A program made the position numbers and the translations under genes. DNA of 64,000 nucleotides. It comes from Terriglobia bacterium. Its GTDB lineage: Bacteria > Acidobacteriota > Terriglobia > 20CM-2-55-15. Numbering within the stretch: position 1 is the first letter of the stretch; the number at the start of each line of letters is the position of its first letter. The stretch lies in NCBI GenBank assembly GCA_965218585.1, contig CBDCLE010000017.1, positions 160,001-224,000 on the forward strand, read 5' to 3'. Below, piece after piece: positions 10,682-18,902 of this stretch. A model generated the notes under the pieces. It saw only the letters and a program-made list of their open reading frames with translations, was not told the DNA's origin and made no database searches.

Positions 10682-11601
10682 CAGTACCGGACCCTGGGAT
10701 CAACGAAACCATAGGCCACGTCCACGACAAGATTGAATAGCAGGACCGTGATCGACATGAAGGCGACAATACCGATAATCAGGGGTTCGTCGCGGTTAAG
10801 GTTGGCGTTTATGAAGTACTGGCCGAGACCCGGCAATGCGAATATCCGTTCAACGACGACCGTACCGGAAATCAACAACGCCAGAGCCGGCCCGGAAAAG
10901 GAAACAACAGGTAACAAACCACCCCGCAAGCCATGGCGGATAACGACGTCCCTTTCCCGGAGTCCTTTGGCGCGTGCAGTTCGGATGTAATTGGACCGCA
11001 ACACCTCGAGCATTCCTGATCGGGACAACCGGGCGATGTAGGCCATGTAGACCAGCGACAGCGTGACTACCGGAAGAATCGTGTTGAGGCTCCAGAAACC
11101 TTCCCACCGCGCTGGGGGCAACCAGAACAGTGTCAACCCGAACGCAAGGACGAGGATCGGTCCAAGGACAAAATTAGGCAGCGATATTCCGATCATCGCG
11201 AAACCCATGGATGCGTGGTCCAGTCCCGAATTCTGTCGGACCGCGGAGATGGTTCCAGTAACCAGTCCCACAGCCAGGGCGAGAAGATATGCGGCAAGCC
11301 CAATGCTCGCCGATACTGGAAGCGAGTTTCTCAGGATTTCGTTAACCGACTGGCCCTGGTACCGCAGCGAATTACCGAAATCTCCCCGAAGGGTGTTCCT
11401 GAGCATCCGACCGTACTGGATGTGCCACGGTTGGTCCAAACCGTACTTTTCGCGGATGTTCTCTTCTATGGCGGGGGGCAGGACTTTCTCACCGGTGTAA
11501 AAGTTGCCGGGTGCCAGGCGGATGAGTCCCCATGTCAGCGAGACAACGACCAGGACCATCGGTAGCGTGACCACAAGTCGACGGATGACGAAGCGCAGCA
11601 T
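10681..11601 (-). CDS. oppB: Oligopeptide ABC permease (OppB-like)
   Basis: YGLDQP, GDFGNSL, YIRTARAKGL, VVERIFALPGLG. Confidence 0.9.
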   Translation of the reverse strand: MLRFVIRRLVVTLPMVLVVVSLTWGLIRLAPGNFYTGEKVLPPAIEENIREKYGLDQPWHIQYGRMLRNTLRGDFGNSLRYQGQSVNEILRNSLPVSASIGLAAYLLALAVGLVTGTISAVRQNSGLDHASMGFAMIGISLPNFVLGPILVLAFGLTLFWLPPARWEGFWSLNTILPVVTLSLVYMAYIARLSRSGMLEVLRSNYIRTARAKGLRERDVVIRHGLRGGLLPVVSFSGPALALLISGTVVVERIFALPGLGQYFINANLNRDEPLIIGIVAFMSITVLLFNLVVDVAYGFVDPRVRY

Positions 11602-11611
11602 GGGAACCTGA

Positions 11612-12433
11612 TCAATAGGCCGAGCACGGTTCGGGGTCCCAGCCTGAATCGTCGGCTTCGCGTTTGTAATCCGTCGTGGTCACAAACGGAATGGCCAGGT
11701 AGACAGGGTCGTCAACGATCGTGGTAATCGTGAACCACTCGGTACCATCCACCGCCGTGAAGGCATCGAAATACTCGGTCACCCTCGTTTGATCACTGAA
11801 TGGAATACCGTTCTTACGCAGGTAGCCCGGAAGTAGATTCGATGTCTCTACTATTAATGTGTTGCTCCGGGTACCGACACGGGGGCCGGTGCCGAGGAAA
11901 CCGAGGCCGCCAGGACCCCGCCCGACACCCGCATCCCAGCGAGCAACCGAATGGCCTTGAAGACTTGCCTCTCCCGGCTCTGCTGGATCGAACTGGAGCA
12001 GACGCGTCTGCATGCCATAGTCTTTTTCCATCTGGAGGGTGCTGTCGTTTTCCCAGCTGATTCTGATTCTGCCCGGCAGCCGCATCAAACCCGGCGCCCC
12101 ATATGCTTTGCATTCGAGGCCCTGGGCCTCGTCGCTTGCCGGATCCCAGCTGTCAATGATCTCCCGCGCCATCGGCCGGACAGGAATGCTTGCGGCATCA
12201 CCTTTGAGGGGCGTGACCATTCGCCACCGCCAGTCCTCCATGACGGGAGCGACCCAATTGCCGGCGAGATCGACCGGTGCCCCTGCCTGTGGTGTTGGAG
12301 GGGGTCCGCCCCTTCCCGGGCCACCGCGGCCCTGGGCCTCGAGTTCGGCGATGCCCCCGCCCACCAGGCCTGTTAACAATACGAGTGAAACGAATAGCGT
12401 TGCGATCAGACAGTGCGTATTAAAAGTTTTCAT
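11612..12433 (-). CDS. Secreted hypothetical protein, distant homolog of the three tandem paralogs
   Basis: Signal peptide, GRGG/Pro-rich linker, DLAGNW..ED, GYLRKNGIP and DDPVYL motifs shared with the 13380-16191 proteins; ATGA overlap with upstream gene. Confidence 0.8.
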   Translation of the reverse strand: MKTFNTHCLIATLFVSLVLLTGLVGGGIAELEAQGRGGPGRGGPPPTPQAGAPVDLAGNWVAPVMEDWRWRMVTPLKGDAASIPVRPMAREIIDSWDPASDEAQGLECKAYGAPGLMRLPGRIRISWENDSTLQMEKDYGMQTRLLQFDPAEPGEASLQGHSVARWDAGVGRGPGGLGFLGTGPRVGTRSNTLIVETSNLLPGYLRKNGIPFSDQTRVTEYFDAFTAVDGTEWFTITTIVDDPVYLAIPFVTTTDYKREADDSGWDPEPCSAY

Positions 12434-13383
12434 TGCGCATTCACCAGGCTCTGATAGATAGCCTCAACAAACCGCTCTCCGGTGACGAAGCTATCGTCAT
12501 TAACGAATTCCGTATCGTAATCCCGAGAGGGTCGCTCGCTTTGGACTTCGGCCAGAGACATACCCCGATCGATCATGTCCTGGACGCGTTCGCTGATGAT
12601 CACGACCATGTCGCGGTATTCGACCACATCTGCCTCGTCGGCGATGCGCCCGTGTCCCGGGATCACATAAGTGCCGCCCTCCTGCTTGTTCGCGGGCACG
12701 GCCAGGTGCAAAATGTGGTTCAGAGCGTCGATCAGACCCTGGACGCTCCCCCCTCGCTCCACATCGACAAACGGGTACCCACCGGGCACAAATATGTCTC
12801 CTGTGCTGATCACGTCCGATTCCCTAAACAGTACGATCGAGTCGCCGTCCGTGTGCGCATTCGGTTCGTGGTAGACAAAGACGGCTTCGCCATTGAAATG
12901 TACGTCCCTAGTCTCGGTGTCATAACTGTCGAGGGGCAGCGCCCCTTCCGGAACCGCGTCCGGGTCGTCTCTCTCGAGCTCGACCAGTCTCATCAACGTG
13001 TTCTGATGAGCGACGATCGAAAATGGTTCCAGGCTGTTACCCGGAGCCAGTTGGCGAAACCGTGCGTTCCCGCCGATATGATCGGGGTGCATGTGAGTGT
13101 TGACCACGTAACGCAGCGGTCCGTTCGTGAACGGCCGCAACGCTTCCAGTATCTTTTCCGCCATCGGTGCGAACTGAGAATCAACCAGGAACACGCCGTC
13201 GGGCCCGACCTGAGCCGTCGTGTTACCTCCGGCACCAACTAGAAGGTAAACATTGCCCTGAACAGGGATAACTTGAATCTCGACGTCGTCCAGGTTTCCC
13301 TGTGCCCATAGAGGTGGGCTCACCAGAATCAGGACTGCCAACAGAACAAACATTCTCATACCTGTTACTCCCATCACTCTCAA
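12430..13383 (-). CDS. Secreted MBL-fold metallo-hydrolase
   Basis: THMHPDH (HxHxDH), AHTDGD, TGD, PGHG; signal peptide; true start may be ATG 13374 or 13359. Confidence 0.9.
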   Translation of the reverse strand: MRVMGVTGMRMFVLLAVLILVSPPLWAQGNLDDVEIQVIPVQGNVYLLVGAGGNTTAQVGPDGVFLVDSQFAPMAEKILEALRPFTNGPLRYVVNTHMHPDHIGGNARFRQLAPGNSLEPFSIVAHQNTLMRLVELERDDPDAVPEGALPLDSYDTETRDVHFNGEAVFVYHEPNAHTDGDSIVLFRESDVISTGDIFVPGGYPFVDVERGGSVQGLIDALNHILHLAVPANKQEGGTYVIPGHGRIADEADVVEYRDMVVIISERVQDMIDRGMSLAEVQSERPSRDYDTEFVNDDSFVTGERFVEAIYQSLVNAQ

Positions 13384-14303
13384 TTCAAGTTACAACCACC
13401 ATTATTCGCACCGCAGTTGCAGTATCGCGTGCACACTGCCGGGATGTCTTCAGGAAGCACCATCCGGTCGCGATACTCCGGATAGATCGTCTCGCTGCCT
13501 CCCCTGACACCATCCACCGGCAATCCATACCAGTCAGTTACCAGATTCAGAAACGGGTTCTCTCCCGGCAAGTAGTGCGGCACGTCGTTCGGTTCGCCGG
13601 GCAACTCCTTGGCGTACTCGCACACGTATCGGCCCAGTTGCAGCCCGGGATCAACAACCCACGTCTGACTCCGTACCAGCGGCTCGGTCAAAAACGCGGG
13701 GTCGTCCGTGGTTACGGTAACAGTCAGATAGTTTCCGTGACGCACCCAGTGATCGGTAAACGTTGCCAGTTCGCTCCGCGGCAAACCGTTGCGCTTGAAA
13801 TAGCTCTTCTTGAGATGCGTCGTGCGCACGTTGAGCATGTTTCCGTTCCACGTGCCAGTGGAGAATCCCTCAAACGTGTGCGGCACAAACTCCCCCGGAT
13901 GCTCGCGCCCGTCCAGCCAGATCGTACGCTCAATCTCAAAAGCGTTCATTCGGATGTGAAGTGCGATGACGCGCTGTGTCAGGGGATCCAATATCTGCTC
14001 GACGCGCATATTGGCCAGGGCACGCATCGCGAAATCGCCACCATGGGGCCGGCACTGGTACTGAGTCACTGCCGATACCCGGTCATAGTCGTAGGTATCG
14101 CCGCGAAGCCGTGCGGCTTCGTTGACGGGTATCCCGGAGTAGTCGCCATAGTCAGGACCCGGAAGCCGCGAAGGGTGATCTTCGTGATAGAGCGGCGACC
14201 AGTTTCCGGAAAAGTCGACCTGGGCGAGCATTGTGCCCGGAGCCGCCACCATGAGTAAGGCTCCGATCAAAAGGGTACGCTTCAGGTTTAGATTTTTACG
14301 CAT
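13380..14303 (-). CDS. Secreted Cys-rich hypothetical protein, tandem paralog 1
   Basis: Signal peptide, then QVDFSGNWSPLYHED..QYQCRPHG..C-terminal CTRYCNCGANNGGCNLN. Confidence 0.88.
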   Translation of the reverse strand: MRKNLNLKRTLLIGALLMVAAPGTMLAQVDFSGNWSPLYHEDHPSRLPGPDYGDYSGIPVNEAARLRGDTYDYDRVSAVTQYQCRPHGGDFAMRALANMRVEQILDPLTQRVIALHIRMNAFEIERTIWLDGREHPGEFVPHTFEGFSTGTWNGNMLNVRTTHLKKSYFKRNGLPRSELATFTDHWVRHGNYLTVTVTTDDPAFLTEPLVRSQTWVVDPGLQLGRYVCEYAKELPGEPNDVPHYLPGENPFLNLVTDWYGLPVDGVRGGSETIYPEYRDRMVLPEDIPAVCTRYCNCGANNGGCNLN

Positions 14304-14341
14304 ATATCAACTCACGTGGTAATCGGTTCGTTAGAACAGTC

Positions 14342-15247
14342 TCAATTCAAATCACAGCCACCATCATTCTCGCCACATTTGCAATACCGCCCGCACACCT
14401 GCGGCACGTCTTCCGGTAGCACCATGCGATCGCGATACTCCGGGTAGATCGTCCCACTGCCACCGCGTACACCGTCGGTGGGCAGCCCATACCAATCGGG
14501 CACCAGATTCAGCGTTGGGTTCTCGCCCGGCAGATAGTGAGGCACTTCGTCAAGTTCCCCGGGCAACTCCCTGGTATATTGGCAAACATACCTGCCCAGT
14601 TGTTGTCCGGGATCCAGCTTCCAGGTCTGACTCCGCACCAGCGGCTCGGTCAAGAACGCGGGATCCTCAATAGCGGTCGTCACCGTGAGGTATTCTCCGT
14701 GACGCACCCAGTGATCGGTGAACGTTGCCAACTCGCTCCGCGGCAAGCCATTGCGCCGAAGATAACTCTTCTTAAGGTGGGTCGTCCGCACGTTAAGCAT
14801 ATTTCCGTCCCACGTGCCTGTCGAAAATCCCTCGAAGGTGTGCGGCTCGAGCTCCTCCGGATGGTCGCGGCCATCCAGCCAGATCGTCCGCTCCATCTCA
14901 GCAAAATTCATACGCAGGCGAATCGCGACGACTTGTTGCGTCAAGGGATCCAGCACCTGATCGACGCGCATATTGGCCAGACCTCGCATGGAGTAGTCGC
15001 CTCCGTGGGGCCGGCACTGGTATTGAGTTACGGCAGATATCCGGTCGTAGTCGTAGCTGTCAGCCCGAAGCCGTGCGGCCTCGTTGATGGGTATTCCGGA
15101 GTAGTCACCGTTTTCGGGACCTGGAATTCGCTCCGGGTAGTCTTCATGATAGAGCGGGACCCAGTTTCCGGACAGATCGACTTGTGCAATCACTGTCGGA
15201 CTCTGCACCGCAAACAGCAAAGCCCCCAGCAAAACGAATCTTCTCAC
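14342..15247 (-). CDS. Secreted Cys-rich hypothetical protein, tandem paralog 2
   Basis: Same motifs, ends CGRYCKCGENDGGCDLN; GTG 15247 follows a GAGGA RBS. Confidence 0.88.
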   Translation of the reverse strand: MRRFVLLGALLFAVQSPTVIAQVDLSGNWVPLYHEDYPERIPGPENGDYSGIPINEAARLRADSYDYDRISAVTQYQCRPHGGDYSMRGLANMRVDQVLDPLTQQVVAIRLRMNFAEMERTIWLDGRDHPEELEPHTFEGFSTGTWDGNMLNVRTTHLKKSYLRRNGLPRSELATFTDHWVRHGEYLTVTTAIEDPAFLTEPLVRSQTWKLDPGQQLGRYVCQYTRELPGELDEVPHYLPGENPTLNLVPDWYGLPTDGVRGGSGTIYPEYRDRMVLPEDVPQVCGRYCKCGENDGGCDLN

Positions 15248-15267
15248 GCTCGTTCCTCGGATCACTT

Positions 15268-16191
15268 TCAATTCAGGCCACAGCCACCGTTGTTTTGCCC
15301 GCAGGTGCAGTACCGGGTGCACACGCTGGGCACATCTTCCGGAAGCACGAACTGGTCGTGGTACTCAGGATAGAGTGTCTGACTGCCGCCGCGCACACCC
15401 TCCGCTGGCAATCCATACCAGTCCGGAACCAGGTTCAGAAGCGTGTTCTGCCCCGGGAGGTAATGCGGCACGTCGTCGAGCTCTCCGGGCATTTCCTTCA
15501 CGTACTGGCAGACGTCTCGGCCCAGCTGTTGTCCGGGATCGAGCTTCCAGGTCTGACTCCGTACCCACGGCTCTGTCAGGAATGCAGGATCCTCGGTAGT
15601 CGTTGTCACCGTCAGGTATTCGCCGTGACGCACCCAGTGATCGGTAAATGTCGCCTGCTCGCTACGTGGCAGGCCGTTGCGGCGCAGATAACTCTTCTTA
15701 AGGTGGGTCGTCCGCACGTTCAACATGTTGCCATTCCACGTGCCCGTGGAAAAACCTTCGAACGTGTGCGGCTCGAGTTCGCCCGGATGCTCGCGCCCGT
15801 CGAGCCAAATCGTGCGTTCCATCTCGTAAGCGTTCATACGCAGGCGAATGGCGACGACTTGCTGCGTCAAGGGGTCCAGCATCTGATCCACCCGCATGTT
15901 GGCGAGACCGCGCATCGAATAGTCGGCGCCGTGGGGTCGGCACTGGTACTGCGTCACCGAGGATATCCGGGTCGGGTCATAGCTGTCACCGCGAAGGCGT
16001 GCGGCATCGTTGACGGGTATCCCGGCGTAGTCGCCATTTTCAGGTCCGGGAATCCTCTCAGGGTAGTCTTCGTGATAGAGGGGCGACCAGTTTCCGGAAA
16101 AGTCGATCTGGGCGATTGCCGTTGGGCTCTGTAATAGAAACAGCAACGCGACAGACAGCACGCTCCATGCCAGGTGCCGGATCTTACGCAC
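15268..16191 (-). CDS. Secreted Cys-rich hypothetical protein, tandem paralog 3
   Basis: Same motifs, ends CTRYCTCGQNNGGCGLN; GTG 16191 follows an AGGAGG RBS. Confidence 0.88.
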   Translation of the reverse strand: MRKIRHLAWSVLSVALLFLLQSPTAIAQIDFSGNWSPLYHEDYPERIPGPENGDYAGIPVNDAARLRGDSYDPTRISSVTQYQCRPHGADYSMRGLANMRVDQMLDPLTQQVVAIRLRMNAYEMERTIWLDGREHPGELEPHTFEGFSTGTWNGNMLNVRTTHLKKSYLRRNGLPRSEQATFTDHWVRHGEYLTVTTTTEDPAFLTEPWVRSQTWKLDPGQQLGRDVCQYVKEMPGELDDVPHYLPGQNTLLNLVPDWYGLPAEGVRGGSQTLYPEYHDQFVLPEDVPSVCTRYCTCGQNNGGCGLN

Positions 16192-16241
16192 ACATCCTCC
16201 TCTTTGTCTCTGCAATCGCCTGACGAGCGGCGAACCTTCAG

Positions 16242-16727
16242 CTATTGCGGATTGATAACGGCACCGTCCCAGTGTTCATACAGCTTGCCGTCCCTGATGC
16301 GGAAGGTGTCCCAGGCGAATCTCTCATAAAATGTGCCGGGATCCTCGGTCGGATCCTGAGCGAACTGCTGCCGCATGATGAACACGAGGTCGCCTTCGGC
16401 AAGGACCATATAAAGGTTGTTGCCGGCTGGAGGCTGCGGACCCTGTTGTCCACCACGGCCACGTCCGCGTCCGGCGAACTGAGCAAACATCTGCTCGAAA
16501 CCTTCCTTGTAAGTCAGGTTGTTGTCATCAGCGAATTTCTTGAACGCGGGATTGTGCTGAATGTAGTCGTCATGAAGGAGTTCTAAACGCTCCTCGGCCG
16601 TAATGCCCGGACGAAAGAACTCACTGGCAATTCGTTTGTTTTCTTCCAAATCCTGAGCCGCTGCTGGCGTACCGGCACATGCCATAAGCACGACCATGCA
16701 GACAGGCATCCATCTCATTAGTCTCAC
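16242..16727 (-). CDS. Secreted SnoaL/NTF2-like protein
   Basis: EENKRIA, DDYIQHNP, LAEGDLV, DTFRIRDGKLYEHWD; signal peptide; GTG 16727 after RBS. Confidence 0.85.
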   Translation of the reverse strand: MRLMRWMPVCMVVLMACAGTPAAAQDLEENKRIASEFFRPGITAEERLELLHDDYIQHNPAFKKFADDNNLTYKEGFEQMFAQFAGRGRGRGGQQGPQPPAGNNLYMVLAEGDLVFIMRQQFAQDPTEDPGTFYERFAWDTFRIRDGKLYEHWDGAVINPQ

Positions 16728-16835
16728 GTCAATCCCCCCTTTAGCTTTTGACGGCAACGGGCCCGGCTCTGAGACCGCCGACCCCGGAAAACATATCACA
16801 GAGCCATTGACAACTGACAAAATCGACGTATCGGT

Positions 16836-18749
16836 TTACTGTGCCCTGTACTTACCATCAGGTATCAGCGACGGCATTCCGCGATCCCAGAGTTCGGGAT
16901 CGTGCTCGATGTAGACGTATTTCCATGGATGCATCGTGTTCGGATTGGGATACAGGCCCTTGACATACGGCTTCTTCATCCAGTTCGTGGAGTTCGTGAA
17001 CAAAGGAACGATAGGCTGGACATCGAGGATCTCCGCCTCGGCCTGGGCCAACAAACGGAAGCGTTCTTCGGGATCGAGCGAACTGTTGCCACGATTCAAC
17101 CCGTCGACAAACTCGGGTGAGAACCAGCCGCTTCCGTTGTTCCCCGTCGGCGTGGCGAACAGCTCGAGGAACGTAAACGGGTCCATGTAGTCACCCACCC
17201 AACCTCGCCGGGCCATTCCCTTGAAGGCCAGCGTCCGTGTGTCTTCGAGATACGCCTGCCATTCCATGTTTTTCAGCCCGACAGTCAGATCCAGATTCTG
17301 TCTCCATTGCGCCTGGACAAACTCCGCGACCTGCCGGTTGCTTTCGGTGGTGTTGTACGTCAGCTCGACTTCACTAATGGGAAACATGGAAGGATCGTAG
17401 TTACCGCTTGAATCGACGTACCCAGCTTCAACAAGAAGTTGGCGTGCCCTCTCAGGGTCGAAGTCATCACCCACTGGCTGCGGGTACCCGGGAAAGATAC
17501 CTTCGGGAGAAAACGCGGTCAGCGGATTCGCAGTTCTCTTGAACCGGGCAAGCGCCACTTTGTCCACCGCATGATTAAAGGCCTTCCGGACTCGAATGTC
17601 GTCCATCGGGGGCTGTGTCGTATTGAATATGTAAAACTCGATTGCGTTTTCCGGCGCATCCATGTAGTCCAGCAGCGGCCGAATCTCATCGATCCAGGCG
17701 ATGGGGACCACGTGGTTGTATACCGCGTCGACAGCACCGGCCTTGTAAAGATTCATCATCGTCGTCTGCTCTTCCATCGGGTAGAACGTAATCTCTTCCA
17801 GGCGCACGCGGTCTCGGTCCCAATAGGTCGGGCTCTTGACGACGACGATCTTGTCGTAGGCCTGGTATGTCTCCAGATGAAAGGGGCCGCTGGTGACGAT
17901 GTTTCCGACGTCGGTCCAATCGTCTCCGTGAATCTCGATCGACTGTTCGGGGACCGGACGCAGGAACTGGTGCGTCGTCAGGCCAGGAAAAAACGGCACG
18001 GGTTGGTTCAGCGTGACTCGGAGGGTATAGGAGTCGACTGCCTCGACGCCGATATCCTCGGCCGTGACCGGCACCAGCTCCATTGAAGCAACGATTTCAC
18101 CAACCCTTGGATTCTCTTCATACAGGGCCTGCCGGCTCTGTTCGTCGCCCGGCAGGGTCAATCGGTTCGGCCCCAGAATGAATCGCCGAAATGGCGTTAG
18201 CTCGGTGGCGCTCTCGGGCTCGGGCACTGGCACCTCACCCAGAACATCGGACTCCAGCAGGTAGGTTCCCCCGTCCGGGTCACGGACAAAAAAACCGCTC
18301 TCGTTGTAGGCCTGGGAATACTTGATGTGGAACGCCATATAGGCATACGGTGCCGCGAGTTCCGGTGAGAGGGCACGCCGCCACGAGTAGACGATGTCCT
18401 CAGCGGTGATCGGCTCACCGTCTGACCAACGCCCATCCGGGCGGATATGAAACACGAACTCGGTATTATTTTCATTCACGTCCCAGCTCTCGGCAAGACT
18501 CGGCATTGGCTGGTTGGTCTGCGGGTGATATTCGGTGAGCCCGTCGAACAGCGCGAGATAGATCCGGTGTTCCGGTTGGCCCGTCCCTATCTGAGGATCC
18601 ATCGATTGCGGTTCCGAGCCCGAGATGTAGCGAAGAGTCTGTCCTTCAGGTGGCGCGACCCGCCCGAAGTATTTTGAGTCCGCCGAAGCGCCTGAACATC
18701 CCAGAACTACCGCTGACGCGAGAAGAACGACCCAGAAACGACTAGCCAT
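16836..18749 (-). CDS. oppA: Peptide ABC transporter substrate-binding lipoprotein (OppA-like)
   Basis: Lipobox VLGC, EPQSMDP, LFDGLT, WSDGEPITAED, RVRKAF, GWVGDYMDP; AGGAG RBS before ATG 18749. Confidence 0.9.
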   Translation of the reverse strand: MASRFWVVLLASAVVLGCSGASADSKYFGRVAPPEGQTLRYISGSEPQSMDPQIGTGQPEHRIYLALFDGLTEYHPQTNQPMPSLAESWDVNENNTEFVFHIRPDGRWSDGEPITAEDIVYSWRRALSPELAAPYAYMAFHIKYSQAYNESGFFVRDPDGGTYLLESDVLGEVPVPEPESATELTPFRRFILGPNRLTLPGDEQSRQALYEENPRVGEIVASMELVPVTAEDIGVEAVDSYTLRVTLNQPVPFFPGLTTHQFLRPVPEQSIEIHGDDWTDVGNIVTSGPFHLETYQAYDKIVVVKSPTYWDRDRVRLEEITFYPMEEQTTMMNLYKAGAVDAVYNHVVPIAWIDEIRPLLDYMDAPENAIEFYIFNTTQPPMDDIRVRKAFNHAVDKVALARFKRTANPLTAFSPEGIFPGYPQPVGDDFDPERARQLLVEAGYVDSSGNYDPSMFPISEVELTYNTTESNRQVAEFVQAQWRQNLDLTVGLKNMEWQAYLEDTRTLAFKGMARRGWVGDYMDPFTFLELFATPTGNNGSGWFSPEFVDGLNRGNSSLDPEERFRLLAQAEAEILDVQPIVPLFTNSTNWMKKPYVKGLYPNPNTMHPWKYVYIEHDPELWDRGMPSLIPDGKYRAQ

Positions 18750-18814
18750 GTTGTTGCTCCTTCGATGTACCCGCGAAACTATCACGCACGCATACCTCGA
18801 TCAAGACAGACCAT

Positions 18815-18902
18815 AAAAGTGGGGACCGGTCACTCTTTTTGCGAGCGAACGCCCGGGCGCGCCCGAATCCGGCCGCAAAAAGAGTGACCTGTCCCTACTT
18901 TT
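18815..18902. repeat. Long imperfect inverted repeat (REP/MITE-like or terminator)
   Basis: AAAAGTGGGGACCGGTCACTCTTTTTGCG and CGCAAAAAGAGTGACCTGTCCCTACTTTT: 29-bp arms with 2 mismatches. Confidence 0.8.

Noticed and set aside
13302-16134. Long plus-strand ORFs (318, 278 and 316 aa) repeated in tandem
   Set aside because: Antisense shadows of the three minus-strand paralogs, which have RBSs and signal peptides
13380-16191. Triplication as an assembly artefact or DGR target
   Set aside because: Copies differ throughout, including signal peptides and synonymous sites, with no adenine-specific pattern noticed
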